Assembly (NCBI GenBank): GCA_964402425.1 | Contig: CAYOCD010000005.1 | Location: forward strand, 6,064 to 70,063 | From: an uncultured Gammaproteobacteria bacterium | Lineage (GTDB): Bacteria > Patescibacteriota > Patescibacteriia > UBA9934 > GWF2-40-263 | Reading direction: 5' to 3' | DNA length: 64,000 bases | Part shown: positions 21,020 to 30,990 of the stretch, piece after piece | Layout of the letters: each line of letters starts with the position of its first letter | How positions within the stretch are numbered: position 1 is the stretch's first letter | Notes under the pieces: generated by a model | What the model was told of the DNA's origin: nothing | The model's input: the letters and a program-made list of their open reading frames with translations, nothing else | Databases searched by the model: none | Translations under genes and position numbers: made by a program

Positions 21020-21360
21020 CAGAAAATGAATGTGTCCGGCCCAGATATCGGGTTTTGTGCTCAACTTGTTTGAGAACGAAACTCGACATCCGCACCGGTA
21101 CAGCGTCTTCATTTTGAAGAGAGGCTCTTGTCACCTACCATTCAATGGTTTTACCCAGGCGAAGGTCGCAAGGATCTTCATAGTTTGGGCGAACCTAGAT
21201 CTGTTCGATTTTGTTTTTGTTTTTAATCAGAACAGTAGATGTGCGTGAGATCATATTTCCAGAATCATAATTCAAGCGTGGGGAGCTTGCCGACAGCTTT
21301 GGTCGGGATTGAGGAGGATCTCAGAGATGGAAAAGGTACGAAGTGATGTTTCACGATCAC
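20997..21360 (-). ncRNA. Candidate large structured ncRNA, family not recognised
   Basis: Bounded by a promoter and a terminator, at least seven stems visible by eye, no credible ORF. Confidence 0.6.
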
Positions 21361-21366
21361 GTATCT

Positions 21367-21395
21367 ATAATATCAAAAAATGACCTAAAGGTCAA
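21367..21395 (-). promoter_or_regulatory. Sigma70-type promoter of the candidate ncRNA with palindromic operator
   Basis: Minus strand TTGACC-17 bp-TATTAT; palindrome TGACCT-AA-AGGTCA at 21381-21394. Confidence 0.6.
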
Positions 21396-21519
21396 TCAAT
21401 CCTTTTTTGCTTTAATGAGATAAAAAATGAGGTTGTGAAGCAATTTGTTGTTCACAACCTCATTTATGTTTGAAAAGTTATCCACACTTTATACTACTTA
21501 TCCCATATTTATCCACAAC

Positions 21520-22809
21520 CTACTTACATAAGTGTATTGTGGTCGAAAACCACCCTGTTTTTACTCCGATACTTGAGAAATTCTGTGCAAAAAGCAAAAG
21601 AGGACTCGTGTTTGGGGAATGTGTATATTGATTTTGCATTTCCACAAGAGGTTGAAGGTTGATGCCGGCCACGTTACCTGAACAAATTTTGTTGATCGAT
21701 GTATTTCCTTCTTGTGCACGAAAAAGATTTTCCCTATTTGTTATGAAAACCTCTTTCTTTTTTGTGATTCCAGCAAGAATATCTGTGTTATTGATTTGAA
21801 TGCGATTTACTTGAGTTCCAAGCAAAGTGATTTGCTCTACGGAAATGGAATCGGTGTTTGCGACAAGTTCTTTAATAGAAGAACCGTCACTTAAAAATGT
21901 TTCTTGAATTTTTGGTGTATTTAATGCACGTATTTCTCGAAGAGCTTGTTCTGTATTTACTGCGTTTTTCGTACTCGTTTCTTTTGTTGAAAGAAAGAAT
22001 CCAATTCCTTGATCATCTTTTGTGAGAATAACTTGGCTTTTTTCTGTTGGAAGCATTGATAGATAGTGTAAAAATTGTGGATCAAGAACGGATTGCATGA
22101 GAGGGAGAAATGGCTCTAAGAAGTCTTTTGTTGTATTTGGCAAGAGTGGATTAGACAAATAGGCAATTGTCTCTTTTGGAATATGTTTTAATACAGGAAT
22201 GTTGTGTTGTGATTTTGGTAAAGAGATAAGAATGCGATTTTTTGTTGCGTACAGAAAAGATCTGTGTGATTGGTTTGTATCGATAAGTTCACCAATCCAC
22301 TGACGCCCTGGAAATGAAATACCTGGAATAATTTTTGCCCGTACCGAAATAGGCTTCAAAACCTCATGTTTTTCTGTGAACAAAACGATTCCTTTTTTAA
22401 TGGGCTGTACCGTAATCGATTGTGAATCAAGAAGTGATTGAGGGAGGGGTGTTTTTCCTGTTCGGATAGCAACAGACCGTGAACCATCTGCCTGTAAAAA
22501 GATAACAAATTCTCCCGAGATGTATTGAGATATATCTGAAAAAACAACAGATCGGTTTGAAATAAGAGGAAAATTCTTTGTTACAGATTCAACAGATCCC
22601 CCTTTTTTCCCACTGGTAAATAAGCGTACAGCCATGACAGTATTTTCTGGAGCGGCTGATAAAATCGTATCGCGTGTGAGCCAAAGAGTGAAAATCCAAC
22701 TTATTCCGACTGAAAGAAGTACCACTCCGAACGCCAGAAGCCAAACAACCCACCGAGTTCGGCGGGTTGTTTTGGAGTTTCTAGAGAGTGGAATGTTAAG
22801 GTGTTGCAT
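21520..22809 (-). CDS. Hypothetical membrane-anchored protein
   Basis: Long ORF with one N-terminal TM helix; start overlaps the pnp stop. Confidence 0.7.
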   Translation of the reverse strand: MQHLNIPLSRNSKTTRRTRWVVWLLAFGVVLLSVGISWIFTLWLTRDTILSAAPENTVMAVRLFTSGKKGGSVESVTKNFPLISNRSVVFSDISQYISGEFVIFLQADGSRSVAIRTGKTPLPQSLLDSQSITVQPIKKGIVLFTEKHEVLKPISVRAKIIPGISFPGRQWIGELIDTNQSHRSFLYATKNRILISLPKSQHNIPVLKHIPKETIAYLSNPLLPNTTKDFLEPFLPLMQSVLDPQFLHYLSMLPTEKSQVILTKDDQGIGFFLSTKETSTKNAVNTEQALREIRALNTPKIQETFLSDGSSIKELVANTDSISVEQITLLGTQVNRIQINNTDILAGITKKKEVFITNRENLFRAQEGNTSINKICSGNVAGINLQPLVEMQNQYTHSPNTSPLLLFAQNFSSIGVKTGWFSTTIHLCK

Positions 22810-25042
22810 TTTTCTTGAAGAATGGGCGCTTTGGACGGTCACCGGATCCTCCAGCTGCTGGAGGTCTTGGTGTTCCGCCCGCGCTTGGTGCTGGGCGTTC
22901 CGGATAAACGTTTCCAGGAGCCTCCTTCATGGAGAGACTGATCTTTCCATCTGGGTTGATCTCCATAACCTTTACAAAGACCACTTGGCCCATTTTTACA
23001 ATATCAGTTACGTTTTCAACGCGCCATGGGGCCATATTGCTTACATGAACCATTCCGTCTTTCTTTGGTAAGAACTCAACGATTGCACCAAAGTCCATCA
23101 CACGAACGACTTTTCCTTGATACACTTCGCCAACTTTTGCTTCGCGTGTCAAAGATTCGATCCAGGCTTTGGCTTGGTCGGCTCCATTTGAGTCTTTTGA
23201 TGTAATCATGACAAGTCCATCTTCTTCAATGTCGATCGCTTGGACGCCTGTTGTTGCAATGATCTCATTGATCATCTTTCCACCAGGACCAATTACAGAA
23301 CCAATAGATTCTGGGTTGATGCGAAGGGTGATGATACGCGGTGCGTAAGGTGAAAGATCTGGACGATGTGTGGTGATTGTGGCTGCCATCACATCAAGGA
23401 TCTTCAAGCGTGCTTCGCGTGCTTGGTTCACGGCTTGCGTAACCATTTCACGTGAAAGTCCTTTTGTTTTTGTATCCATTTGAATTGCTGTAATTCCGTC
23501 GCGGGATCCAGCGATCTTAAAGTCCATTCCTCCTTCACCATCTTCCAAATCTTGAAGGTCGGTCAAAACTTTGAATCGTCCCTTGTCGTCAGAGGCGAGT
23601 CCCATAGCAATTCCAGCCACAGGTGCTTTAATAGGAACTCCAGCGTCCATAAGGGCGAGTGTTGATCCACAGGTGGATGCCATTGAGCTTGATCCATTTG
23701 ATCCAAAAACTTCGGATACTGCGCGAATTGTATAGGGAAATACTTCTTTGTCCGGCATCATTCCGCGAAGAGCTTTTTCCGCGAGTCCACCATGACCAAT
23801 ATCACGACGAGATGGTCCACGAAGTGGTTTTACTTCTCCAACAGAGAATGGAGGAAAATTGTAGTGGTGGAAGTAGCGTTTTGTTCCAACTGTTTCCATT
23901 CCATCTAATGTTTGTTCGTCGCCAGGTGCGCCGAGGGTGATAACAGTAAGGACTTGTGTTTCTCCGCGCATGAAGTGTCCTGTTCCGTGTACACGTGGAA
24001 GTAATTGAACTTCCGCGAGAAGTGTTCGAATTTCATCCAATCCTCGACCATCGACACGTTTGTTGTCTTCAATGACGGCACGCGTGAGTTCGCTTTCAAG
24101 AACTTCAATCACGATATCTGTTCCATATTTGATTTGATCTTTTTCGACCCCTTTATCAATCAAGAATTGTTTTGTGCGTGTTTTTAATTCCGATTTCTGT
24201 GCAGAACGCTCTCCTTTTGTTGCTTGCGGTGCTTTGAAGAAAAGTTCCTTCACTTGTTCAAGGATGTAAGGACGAACCATATCCTCTACGGTTTTGCGAG
24301 CGGCGACAATTGCTTTTTCTTCTTCTGTTTTTGGAGAAAGCAAATCCACTTTTGTTTTACCTGCTGCTTTTACAACCTGATTGATAAGTTCTATTGGTTC
24401 TTTCAAATGTTTTTGTCCAAACCAGAATGCTTCCAAGACAACATTTTCTGGGGCTTCATTTGCTCCGGCTTCCACCATGATGATGGATTCGGTTGTTCCT
24501 GCGAAGGCGAGGTCGAGAAGTGATTTTTCGCGCGCTTCGTAGCTTGGGTTCAAAACCCATTCTCCGCCGATTTGTCCGACGCGTGTGCATCCGATTGGGC
24601 CATCCCATGGAATATCTGACATCGCGAGGGCACAGCTTCCGCCGATAAGCCCAAGAACATCTGGGTCGTTTTCGCCATCAAACGCGAGACAAGTGACAAT
24701 GACCTGAATGTCATTACGGATATCTTGGTTAAATAAAGGACGAAGAGCGCGATCAATGAAACGCGCCGTAAGAATGGCTTCGTCGGTTGGTCGTCCTTCT
24801 GTTTTCATGAAACGGGAGCCTTTGATGCGTCCTGCGGCATAAAGTTTTTCTTCGTAGTCAACCATGAGCGGAAGATAATCAATTCCATCACGCTTGTTTG
24901 AGCTGAGTGTTGCGGTTGCAAGAACAACCGTTTCTCCATATTGCACGAGACAAGCGCCGTTTGCTTGTGCTGCGTATTTTCCGACTTCGATCGACAAGGT
25001 TTTTCCGCCCCATTGTGTTTCGAACTTTTGGATTTTGTTCAT
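22796..25042 (-). CDS. pnp: Polyribonucleotide nucleotidyltransferase (PNPase)
   Basis: [42 protein letters not shown]-like [10 protein letters not shown] and S1 domains. Confidence 0.98.
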   Translation of the reverse strand: MNKIQKFETQWGGKTLSIEVGKYAAQANGACLVQYGETVVLATATLSSNKRDGIDYLPLMVDYEEKLYAAGRIKGSRFMKTEGRPTDEAILTARFIDRALRPLFNQDIRNDIQVIVTCLAFDGENDPDVLGLIGGSCALAMSDIPWDGPIGCTRVGQIGGEWVLNPSYEAREKSLLDLAFAGTTESIIMVEAGANEAPENVVLEAFWFGQKHLKEPIELINQVVKAAGKTKVDLLSPKTEEEKAIVAARKTVEDMVRPYILEQVKELFFKAPQATKGERSAQKSELKTRTKQFLIDKGVEKDQIKYGTDIVIEVLESELTRAVIEDNKRVDGRGLDEIRTLLAEVQLLPRVHGTGHFMRGETQVLTVITLGAPGDEQTLDGMETVGTKRYFHHYNFPPFSVGEVKPLRGPSRRDIGHGGLAEKALRGMMPDKEVFPYTIRAVSEVFGSNGSSSMASTCGSTLALMDAGVPIKAPVAGIAMGLASDDKGRFKVLTDLQDLEDGEGGMDFKIAGSRDGITAIQMDTKTKGLSREMVTQAVNQAREARLKILDVMAATITTHRPDLSPYAPRIITLRINPESIGSVIGPGGKMINEIIATTGVQAIDIEEDGLVMITSKDSNGADQAKAWIESLTREAKVGEVYQGKVVRVMDFGAIVEFLPKKDGMVHVSNMAPWRVENVTDIVKMGQVVFVKVMEINPDGKISLSMKEAPGNVYPERPAPSAGGTPRPPAAGGSGDRPKRPFFKKNATP

Positions 25043-25171
25043 ATGTGTTGATTCTGCAGAAGCGTAAGATGTCGAGCAATTTCTCGAGATCTCGTTGTCT
25101 CTGCAGAATCGGGTTAATGGTTAGTCCGTGTAAGGTCTGTGATGTGCACAGACCTCTCACTGCATAATCAT

Positions 25172-25867
25172 TTAAAATTCGAGTCGTCGTCCACGAACAT
25201 CTTCTTGATCTTCTTTTGCGCTGGATGGCATAAAAAATCCTTGCGTTTCTTGTTCTACCTCATGTTCTTCATCTATATCATTTGAATCTGGAGGTGCAAG
25301 ATATTCCGGCTCATCATTGTAGGTTGGTTTTGCGTCATGTGATGACTTTTTCTCATATGCAGGCTTGAGAGCAGGCCCAATGAGATAGCGTTTTTTATTT
25401 TGTGACATGTCTCTGTGGGCATCCACCGCTTCTGTCAGAATGGAGGAGGTGGTTTCACCAAAGCTAATCAATTCTACGATGCGGCCGCGCGCTTGGCAAA
25501 ATTGTACAAGTGGCGCGTAGTCTCCATCACCAGACACAAGGACTACAACATCGAGCATGTCGAGCATACGAACGACATCAATAGTGAGTCCAACATCCCA
25601 ATCCCCTTTTTTATGGCCGGAAGCATACTCAATGAGATCTTTTTCACGAAGCTCGATCCCCGCCTTTTCAAGAGCATCGAAGAACGGACGACCTTCTTCA
25701 CCTTTTGTGCGGATGACATACGCCATTGCACGAATGAGTCGGCGTCCACCTGTTGCGTCTTCTACGATGTGTTTAAAGTCTACCTTGCGTTTAAAAAGAT
25801 AACGCGCGGAGTAATACATGTTTTGTGTGTCGATGAAAATGCCGACACGTTGGTCTGGGTGTTGCAT
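25172..25867 (-). CDS. NYN-domain (LabA/DUF88) protein
   Basis: IFIDTQNMY, KGDWDVGLTID, LVSGDGDY; sits between rpsO and pnp. Confidence 0.9.
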   Translation of the reverse strand: MQHPDQRVGIFIDTQNMYYSARYLFKRKVDFKHIVEDATGGRRLIRAMAYVIRTKGEEGRPFFDALEKAGIELREKDLIEYASGHKKGDWDVGLTIDVVRMLDMLDVVVLVSGDGDYAPLVQFCQARGRIVELISFGETTSSILTEAVDAHRDMSQNKKRYLIGPALKPAYEKKSSHDAKPTYNDEPEYLAPPDSNDIDEEHEVEQETQGFFMPSSAKEDQEDVRGRRLEF

Positions 25868-25978
25868 AAAAAAATGAAATGAATGAAAGGGCGAAAAAAA
25901 GGGTGTATAGCAAAGCGCACGAAAAAAAGTGTGTGCGAGAAAAAGTCAAAACCTCGCCTTGAAGGGCGAGGCTTTTTA

Positions 25979-26242
25979 TTACTTCAATTCCAATTCTTTT
26001 TTGAGTTTCAAAAACGCTTTTGCATCTTCGCGCTCAAGGTATTTGAGCAAGCGACGACGTTCGTTTACTTTTTTGATAAGTCCACGGCGTGATGAAAAAT
26101 CTTTTTTGTGATCTTTCAAGTGATCTGTAAGCTCAGAGATTTCTGAGGTCAAAATAGCAATCTGCACTTGTGGTGAACCTGTGTCAGACGCGTGCGTGCG
26201 AAACTTCTCAATAATTTTGAGTTTCTTTTTAACATCGAGCAT
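25979..26242 (-). CDS. rpsO: 30S ribosomal protein S15
   Basis: DTGSPQVQIAILT...HLKDHKKDFSSRRGL. Confidence 0.98.
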   Translation of the reverse strand: MLDVKKKLKIIEKFRTHASDTGSPQVQIAILTSEISELTDHLKDHKKDFSSRRGLIKKVNERRRLLKYLEREDAKAFLKLKKELELK

Positions 26243-26255
26243 ATCTTTGTAAATT

Positions 26256-26315
26256 CATGCCGCCTAACCGAGAACCGGGAGCTCAATCCCGAAACCGAGT
26301 CAGGGGCCTGTGAGT
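26256..26315 (-). promoter_or_regulatory. Probable rpsO leader (S15 autoregulatory RNA)
   Basis: GC-rich structured 5' UTR (CCTGACTCGG...CGGGA/TCCCG...CGGTTAGG) in an AT-rich context directly upstream of rpsO. Confidence 0.5.
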
Positions 26316-26357
26316 TATGGGGGCATAATAAGGAAAATAGTCGACCTTGTCAATGGC

Positions 26358-26687
26358 CTATTGATACAACAAAATGCCGACAACAACTCCAATATCAACA
26401 AAAACCATGAGTATGTTAGGAAACCAGATAGGGGCTGCTTTGTGAAGCCAGCCGTAATAGGTCCAATAACAAGCGCTTACAAGATAGGTTACCCAGGTAA
26501 CAAGAGAAAGATTGGAAGCATTATGATGAACAAAAATCGTGACGAATTGTGGAATGGTGAGAAGAGGAACAACAACAGAGAGATAAGCAAAGCGATCCAC
26601 AAAACGGATAAACGATTTTTGAGTTGGTTTCAAAACTGATTCTTTACCTGTCTGTTTGCTCGCATGAAGATGATGAAGTCCGTTCAT
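26358..26687 (-). CDS. SemiSWEET/PQ-loop family small membrane protein
   Basis: TIPQFVTIF...NLSLVTW...WTYYG...PN, three TM helices. Confidence 0.75.
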   Translation of the reverse strand: MNGLHHLHASKQTGKESVLKPTQKSFIRFVDRFAYLSVVVPLLTIPQFVTIFVHHNASNLSLVTWVTYLVSACYWTYYGWLHKAAPIWFPNILMVFVDIGVVVGILLYQ

Positions 26688-26737
26688 AAAAGAGAAGAGA
26701 GAAAAGTATTTCCTAATGTTTGCTATAATACCATCCT

Positions 26738-27946
26738 ATGCAAGCTCATGATACGCGTCCCGCATTTTCTCATACGCATCGATTTTCGTTTGGACATACA
26801 CGAGCGCTTCCAACGCTCGCTCTCAATCGCCTGCTCGCCTTTGCTGCGTCGAGCATCATCGGACTTTTTCTTCCGATTTTTTTATTTGAGTTTTTTGATC
26901 GTTCTATTTTTGCTGTTCTGTTGTTTTATCTTGCAGATCAGCTCCTTAAGTTGCCGTTTTATGTGCCTGGTGCAAAATTATTTTCAAAAATTGGTTTAAC
27001 AAAGAGCATGATGATTGGGGTGATCGGACTTTCCGTTTTTTATTTTGTGTTTTTTTTGCTTGGATCACATAGTTCTATTCAACCACTCGTACTTATGGCA
27101 ATTGGGCTTGTATCCCTCATGATCACAAGTACACTTTATTGGTCTCCGTTTCATATTGATTTTGCAGAATTTTCGACAAAAGAAAAACGCGGGCGACAAG
27201 TGAGTGCTCTTTTTGTGATGCAGCATATTATTGGAGTGATCGGACCGATTGTTTCTGGTTTGATTATTCTTTATTACGGATATCGAGCAACGTTTATGGT
27301 TGGGTTTATTTTAGTGCTTTTTTCACTTGTTCCATTATTGTTTTTACCAAAACAAACGGTTCAATATGAATTTGGATATTGGCAAAGTTTTCGAGAATTG
27401 TTTTCAAAACGATTTCGTTCCATGTCATTTTCCATGATGGCTTTTGGAGCAGAAAATACGATTGGAATTGTTGTGTGGCCTATTTTTCTTTATACCCTTT
27501 TTAACGGAGATTATCTTGATATTGGTATTTTTTCCGCGGTTATTATTGTTGTAACGCTTTTGTTTCAGATTTTTGTTGGAAAAGAAACAGATAAAGTTTC
27601 TGCACAACGTATGCTTCGTATTGGGACGGGGTTATATGCGATTGGATGGATCTGGAAAGGACTTGTTCAAACAGTCGTTGGTGTGTTTGCAGCCTCCACG
27701 TTTCATAGTCTTGGATCGATTTTCTTGCAAACACCTATGGATGCGCTTACATATGAACAGGCGGCTGATGCAGGGCATTACATTGATGAATATACGGTTT
27801 TGCGTGAGATGTCTTTGAATATTGGTCGCATTTTAATTCTTGTGTTCCTGCTCATTTTAAGTCTTTCATTTTCTATCTCTGTTTCTTTTTTTGTCGCGGC
27901 AGTGATTTCACTTGGGATCAATCGTCTATCCCATGTTGTGACGTAA
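26738..27946 (+). CDS. MFS transporter
   Basis: 402 aa, about 12 TM segments, RGRQ...GPIVSG motif. Confidence 0.8.
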   Translation: MQAHDTRPAFSHTHRFSFGHTRALPTLALNRLLAFAASSIIGLFLPIFLFEFFDRSIFAVLLFYLADQLLKLPFYVPGAKLFSKIGLTKSMMIGVIGLSVFYFVFFLLGSHSSIQPLVLMAIGLVSLMITSTLYWSPFHIDFAEFSTKEKRGRQVSALFVMQHIIGVIGPIVSGLIILYYGYRATFMVGFILVLFSLVPLLFLPKQTVQYEFGYWQSFRELFSKRFRSMSFSMMAFGAENTIGIVVWPIFLYTLFNGDYLDIGIFSAVIIVVTLLFQIFVGKETDKVSAQRMLRIGTGLYAIGWIWKGLVQTVVGVFAASTFHSLGSIFLQTPMDALTYEQAADAGHYIDEYTVLREMSLNIGRILILVFLLILSLSFSISVSFFVAAVISLGINRLSHVVT

Positions 27947-28056
27947 ACAAAAAAACATCCCGGGTCAGGGATGTTTTTTTGTTTACGCATAAGCTCCTTC
28001 GTCGTGTCTCCTCAGGATAACGCGGCGGCGTGAGCGAAAGACTATTTATGGCCGCG

Positions 28057-28812
28057 TTATTTTCCAAGAGCTTTATCGATCGCTGCGGAAAGTGTTGCTT
28101 CTGGAACGGCTCCAGTGATTGGTGTTGCACTTCCGTCTTTTCCAATAACGAACGTTCCTGGGGTTCCGTTTACTCCTGCAGCTCCACCAGCTGCAGCTTG
28201 ATTCTGAACTTTTGTGAGATATTTCTTTGAGCTTACACAATCGTTGAACTTATTCATGTTCAACTTGTTGTCTCCTGCAACTTTCTTATAGAAATCTGCA
28301 TTGAGGGAATCTTGGTTTTGAAACATGGCGTCATGGAATTCCCAGAACTTTCCTTGTTCCGCCGCACATTCAGATGCAAGAGCGGCAGGTTCTGCTTGTG
28401 GGTGAAAGGAAAGAGGAAAATGACGGAAAACTAATCGAACTTGATCTTTATATTTTGCCATGACGGAATCAAGAGTTGGGGTGAATGCTCCACAGTATGG
28501 ACACTCGAAGTCGGAGTATTCAATCAGGGTGATAGGAGCTTTCTTGTTTCCTTTGATGTGGTCGTCATCGGATACAGTTGGAACAGTCCCTGTTGGGAGA
28601 GGCGCAGCTGCATCTGAAGGGTCGTTGTTAACAGCGATGGTATTTCCATTATTTGTTTCTGACGCAAGGCTGCCGATTGAGCAGCTGCCGCGGAACATAC
28701 AGGTTGCAAGTAAGATAAATCCAAGGGTTCCGATTCCAAGAATAGATGCACCGACACCAATCCAGAACGCTGTTTTTGATGGGATAACATCAAATAAATT
28801 TTGTTTTTCCAT
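28057..28812 (-). CDS. DsbA-family thiol:disulfide oxidoreductase, membrane anchored
   Basis: EYSDFECPYC, RHFPL, GVNGTPGTF cis-Pro loop. Confidence 0.92.
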   Translation of the reverse strand: MEKQNLFDVIPSKTAFWIGVGASILGIGTLGFILLATCMFRGSCSIGSLASETNNGNTIAVNNDPSDAAAPLPTGTVPTVSDDDHIKGNKKAPITLIEYSDFECPYCGAFTPTLDSVMAKYKDQVRLVFRHFPLSFHPQAEPAALASECAAEQGKFWEFHDAMFQNQDSLNADFYKKVAGDNKLNMNKFNDCVSSKKYLTKVQNQAAAGGAAGVNGTPGTFVIGKDGSATPITGAVPEATLSAAIDKALGK

Positions 28813-28865
28813 AAATAGAGTAAAAGGGATGAATAGAAAGGTGAGTTGAGACTTGTTTATTGAAG

Positions 28866-29255
28866 TTACATTCCATGTGCAGATGCCATTTGCGGAAGAA
28901 AGAGATCAAATGGAATGGGGCCTGTCCGCGATCTGATATGTTCCATTCTTCCGATGCGACCTGTGAGCCCAAGGAATCGAACGAGTGTTTTTTCCAGGAT
29001 GCGTTTTGAAAAGAAGGTGAACAGGATGGTGGTTGCGAGAAGAATGGCTGTGAGTTCTTGGCTTAGGGTAATTTCTGGGGAGTGTTTTTCTGTGTGAAGT
29101 GGAGCGGAGGCGTGTTCAACGGAGCAATAAGGACCTTGTACAAAAAAGAGTGTTCCTGTTTGTACACATCCTGCAATGTTTGCGACAAGAAAACTCATCG
29201 CAAGAAGAGCGAATATGAGACTGATCGCAAGTGATCGCGGACAAGCACGAATCAT
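28866..29255 (-). CDS. Hypothetical membrane protein
   Basis: Two hydrophobic segments with Cys/His residues; upstream of the DsbA gene on the same strand. Confidence 0.5.
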   Translation of the reverse strand: MIRACPRSLAISLIFALLAMSFLVANIAGCVQTGTLFFVQGPYCSVEHASAPLHTEKHSPEITLSQELTAILLATTILFTFFSKRILEKTLVRFLGLTGRIGRMEHIRSRTGPIPFDLFLPQMASAHGM

Positions 29256-29388
29256 AACGAGGGAATTATAGCAGATGAAAATATGAAAAGTGAGAATGCG
29301 TCAAGATGGAGCGAATATTCGCACAGAGAGATGATGTGTCGTATAATCTGAAAACAAAGTCTAAAGGAAAAGACCAGAATCGACGATT

Positions 29389-30309
29389 ATGAAACATCTT
29401 GATCAACTTATTACAGACTTTCTCGAGTATCTTGAAATTGAGCGCGGGCGTTCAAATCGCACGATCCGAAATTATGATTTTTATTTGCGACGATTTTCTG
29501 AATTTGCGCACAACCCATCACCAAAAGATGTTACACGCGACAAAATTCACGAATATCGTTTGTGGTTGAATCGTATGGAGAGCGGAAGACAGCGTGAACA
29601 ACTCTCAAAGAGTACACAGAACTATCATCTCATCGCTCTTCGTTCGTTTTTGAAATATCTTGCGCGTCAAGCTGTTGAAAGTTTGCCATCGGAACAGATT
29701 GAACTTGCAAAAACACCAATGCGACAAGTGGAATTTTTGGAAGTTGATGAACTTGATCGATTGCTTAAGGCTCCTGACAGGACTGCTGCTGGAATGATTG
29801 CTCTACGCGATAAGGCAATTCTTGAATTGTTATTTTCAACAGGTTTACGTGTGTCTGAGCTTTCAAATTTAAAAATAGAGAACGTAAATTTGAAGCGCGA
29901 TGAATTTACAATTCGTGGAAAGGGTGGAAAGACACGACTCGTGTTTCTTTCGAGTACAGCAAAAGATGCGATCAAAAGTTATTTTGAGAAACGCCGTGAT
30001 ACTTCCCCATTTATATTTGTTTCACATGATCGCGCAAAGCATGGGCGAGAAGAAACGGGGCCACTCACTCCTCGTTCAATACAGCGCATGGTTGAACGGT
30101 ATGCAACCGCTGTGGGAATTACAAAACATATTACACCTCATACATTGCGCCACACGTTCGCGACCGATCTCTTGCTTTCCGGAGCAGACATCCGATCGGT
30201 GCAATCCATGCTCGGTCACTCGAGTATCACAACAACACAGATTTATACACACATTACCAACAACCAGATGAAAGATGTGTATGAAAAGTTTCATGGAAAG
30301 AATCGCTAA
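29389..30309 (+). CDS. XerC/XerD-family tyrosine recombinase
   Basis: RDKAILELLFSTGLRVSEL, GKGGK.R, TPHTLRHTFAT, LGHSSITTTQIYTH. Confidence 0.93.
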   Translation: MKHLDQLITDFLEYLEIERGRSNRTIRNYDFYLRRFSEFAHNPSPKDVTRDKIHEYRLWLNRMESGRQREQLSKSTQNYHLIALRSFLKYLARQAVESLPSEQIELAKTPMRQVEFLEVDELDRLLKAPDRTAAGMIALRDKAILELLFSTGLRVSELSNLKIENVNLKRDEFTIRGKGGKTRLVFLSSTAKDAIKSYFEKRRDTSPFIFVSHDRAKHGREETGPLTPRSIQRMVERYATAVGITKHITPHTLRHTFATDLLLSGADIRSVQSMLGHSSITTTQIYTHITNNQMKDVYEKFHGKNR

Positions 30310-30387
30310 AGAAAAAATGACCACATGGTCGAAAGACTTTCATTGTCAAGAAAAACCACCCATAGCTTTCGCTGGGTGGTAGATTGA

Positions 30388-30907
30388 CTAGTAGGTCGGA
30401 ATTCCGGTGAGTTCTTTGATTTCCCGTACGTTCGGGGCGATGATTGTGTGCGCTCGCATGCCATGTTCGTGCAGAATTTCAAGCGCGAGCTTTTCTCCCC
30501 CCCCCCAGAAGCATCCAGTTTACGACGGCGTTCCTGAATGGGGGTCAATATGTCGATAATGCGATTTGCAAGCAAATGCTTGCAGTCACCACATCGAAGT
30601 GTTCCGTTCCTGCATCCGAATTGGATGTCCATTTCTTCTGCGGCAGTGTTGCACGAGAGTGCATACAGCTGATAAACGCGACACTTTTCCGGTTGACCAG
30701 GTTGGTCTTCGATGCGCGGCTCTTCGGATTTCTCGCTTGTGGTGTGATTGTCCGGCAAGCGTTTGTCTGCCTTCATGATCTTTTGACGGATCAAAAGTTT
30801 TTCGGATCTTTTGCAAGTTCAACAAAGTGACGTATCGCACCAAGGTAGTTACCAAGATGCAAAATACCTGTTGGCCGAATGCCTGACAGAATGATTTTTC
30901 GTTCCAT
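30388..30907 (-). pseudogene. trpS: Tryptophanyl-tRNA synthetase remnant (internal deletion plus frameshift)
   Basis: [24 protein letters not shown] (HIGH motif) ends in a stop after 38 codons; directly followed by the C-terminal part IRQKIMKA...PGQPEKC...CGDCKHLLA...IQERR and, after a frameshift in a G10 run, LEILHEHGMRAHTII...EIKELTG. Confidence 0.88.
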
Positions 30908-30990
30908 TGAAAACTCCTTGGAAAGGACAAGAAACTTTACGAGTTCCCCTGTTTGGAAGGTAAATGTTTTTTTGTGTATCTGTCAATCCT

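Noticed and set aside
21040-21062. Minus-strand ACAAAACCCGATATC resembles the 3' conserved segment of RNase P RNA
   Set aside because: The 5' GAGGAAAGUCC partner is absent and the segment pairs locally in a hairpin, so rnpB was not called.
29389-30309. Possible integron integrase or prophage integrase
   Set aside because: No IntI-specific insertion, attC array or phage genes seen; size and motifs fit a housekeeping Xer. No dif-like site recognised nearby.
30306-30930. ORFs of 162 aa and 114 aa as independent genes
   Set aside because: They are better explained as frames crossing the trpS pseudogene.
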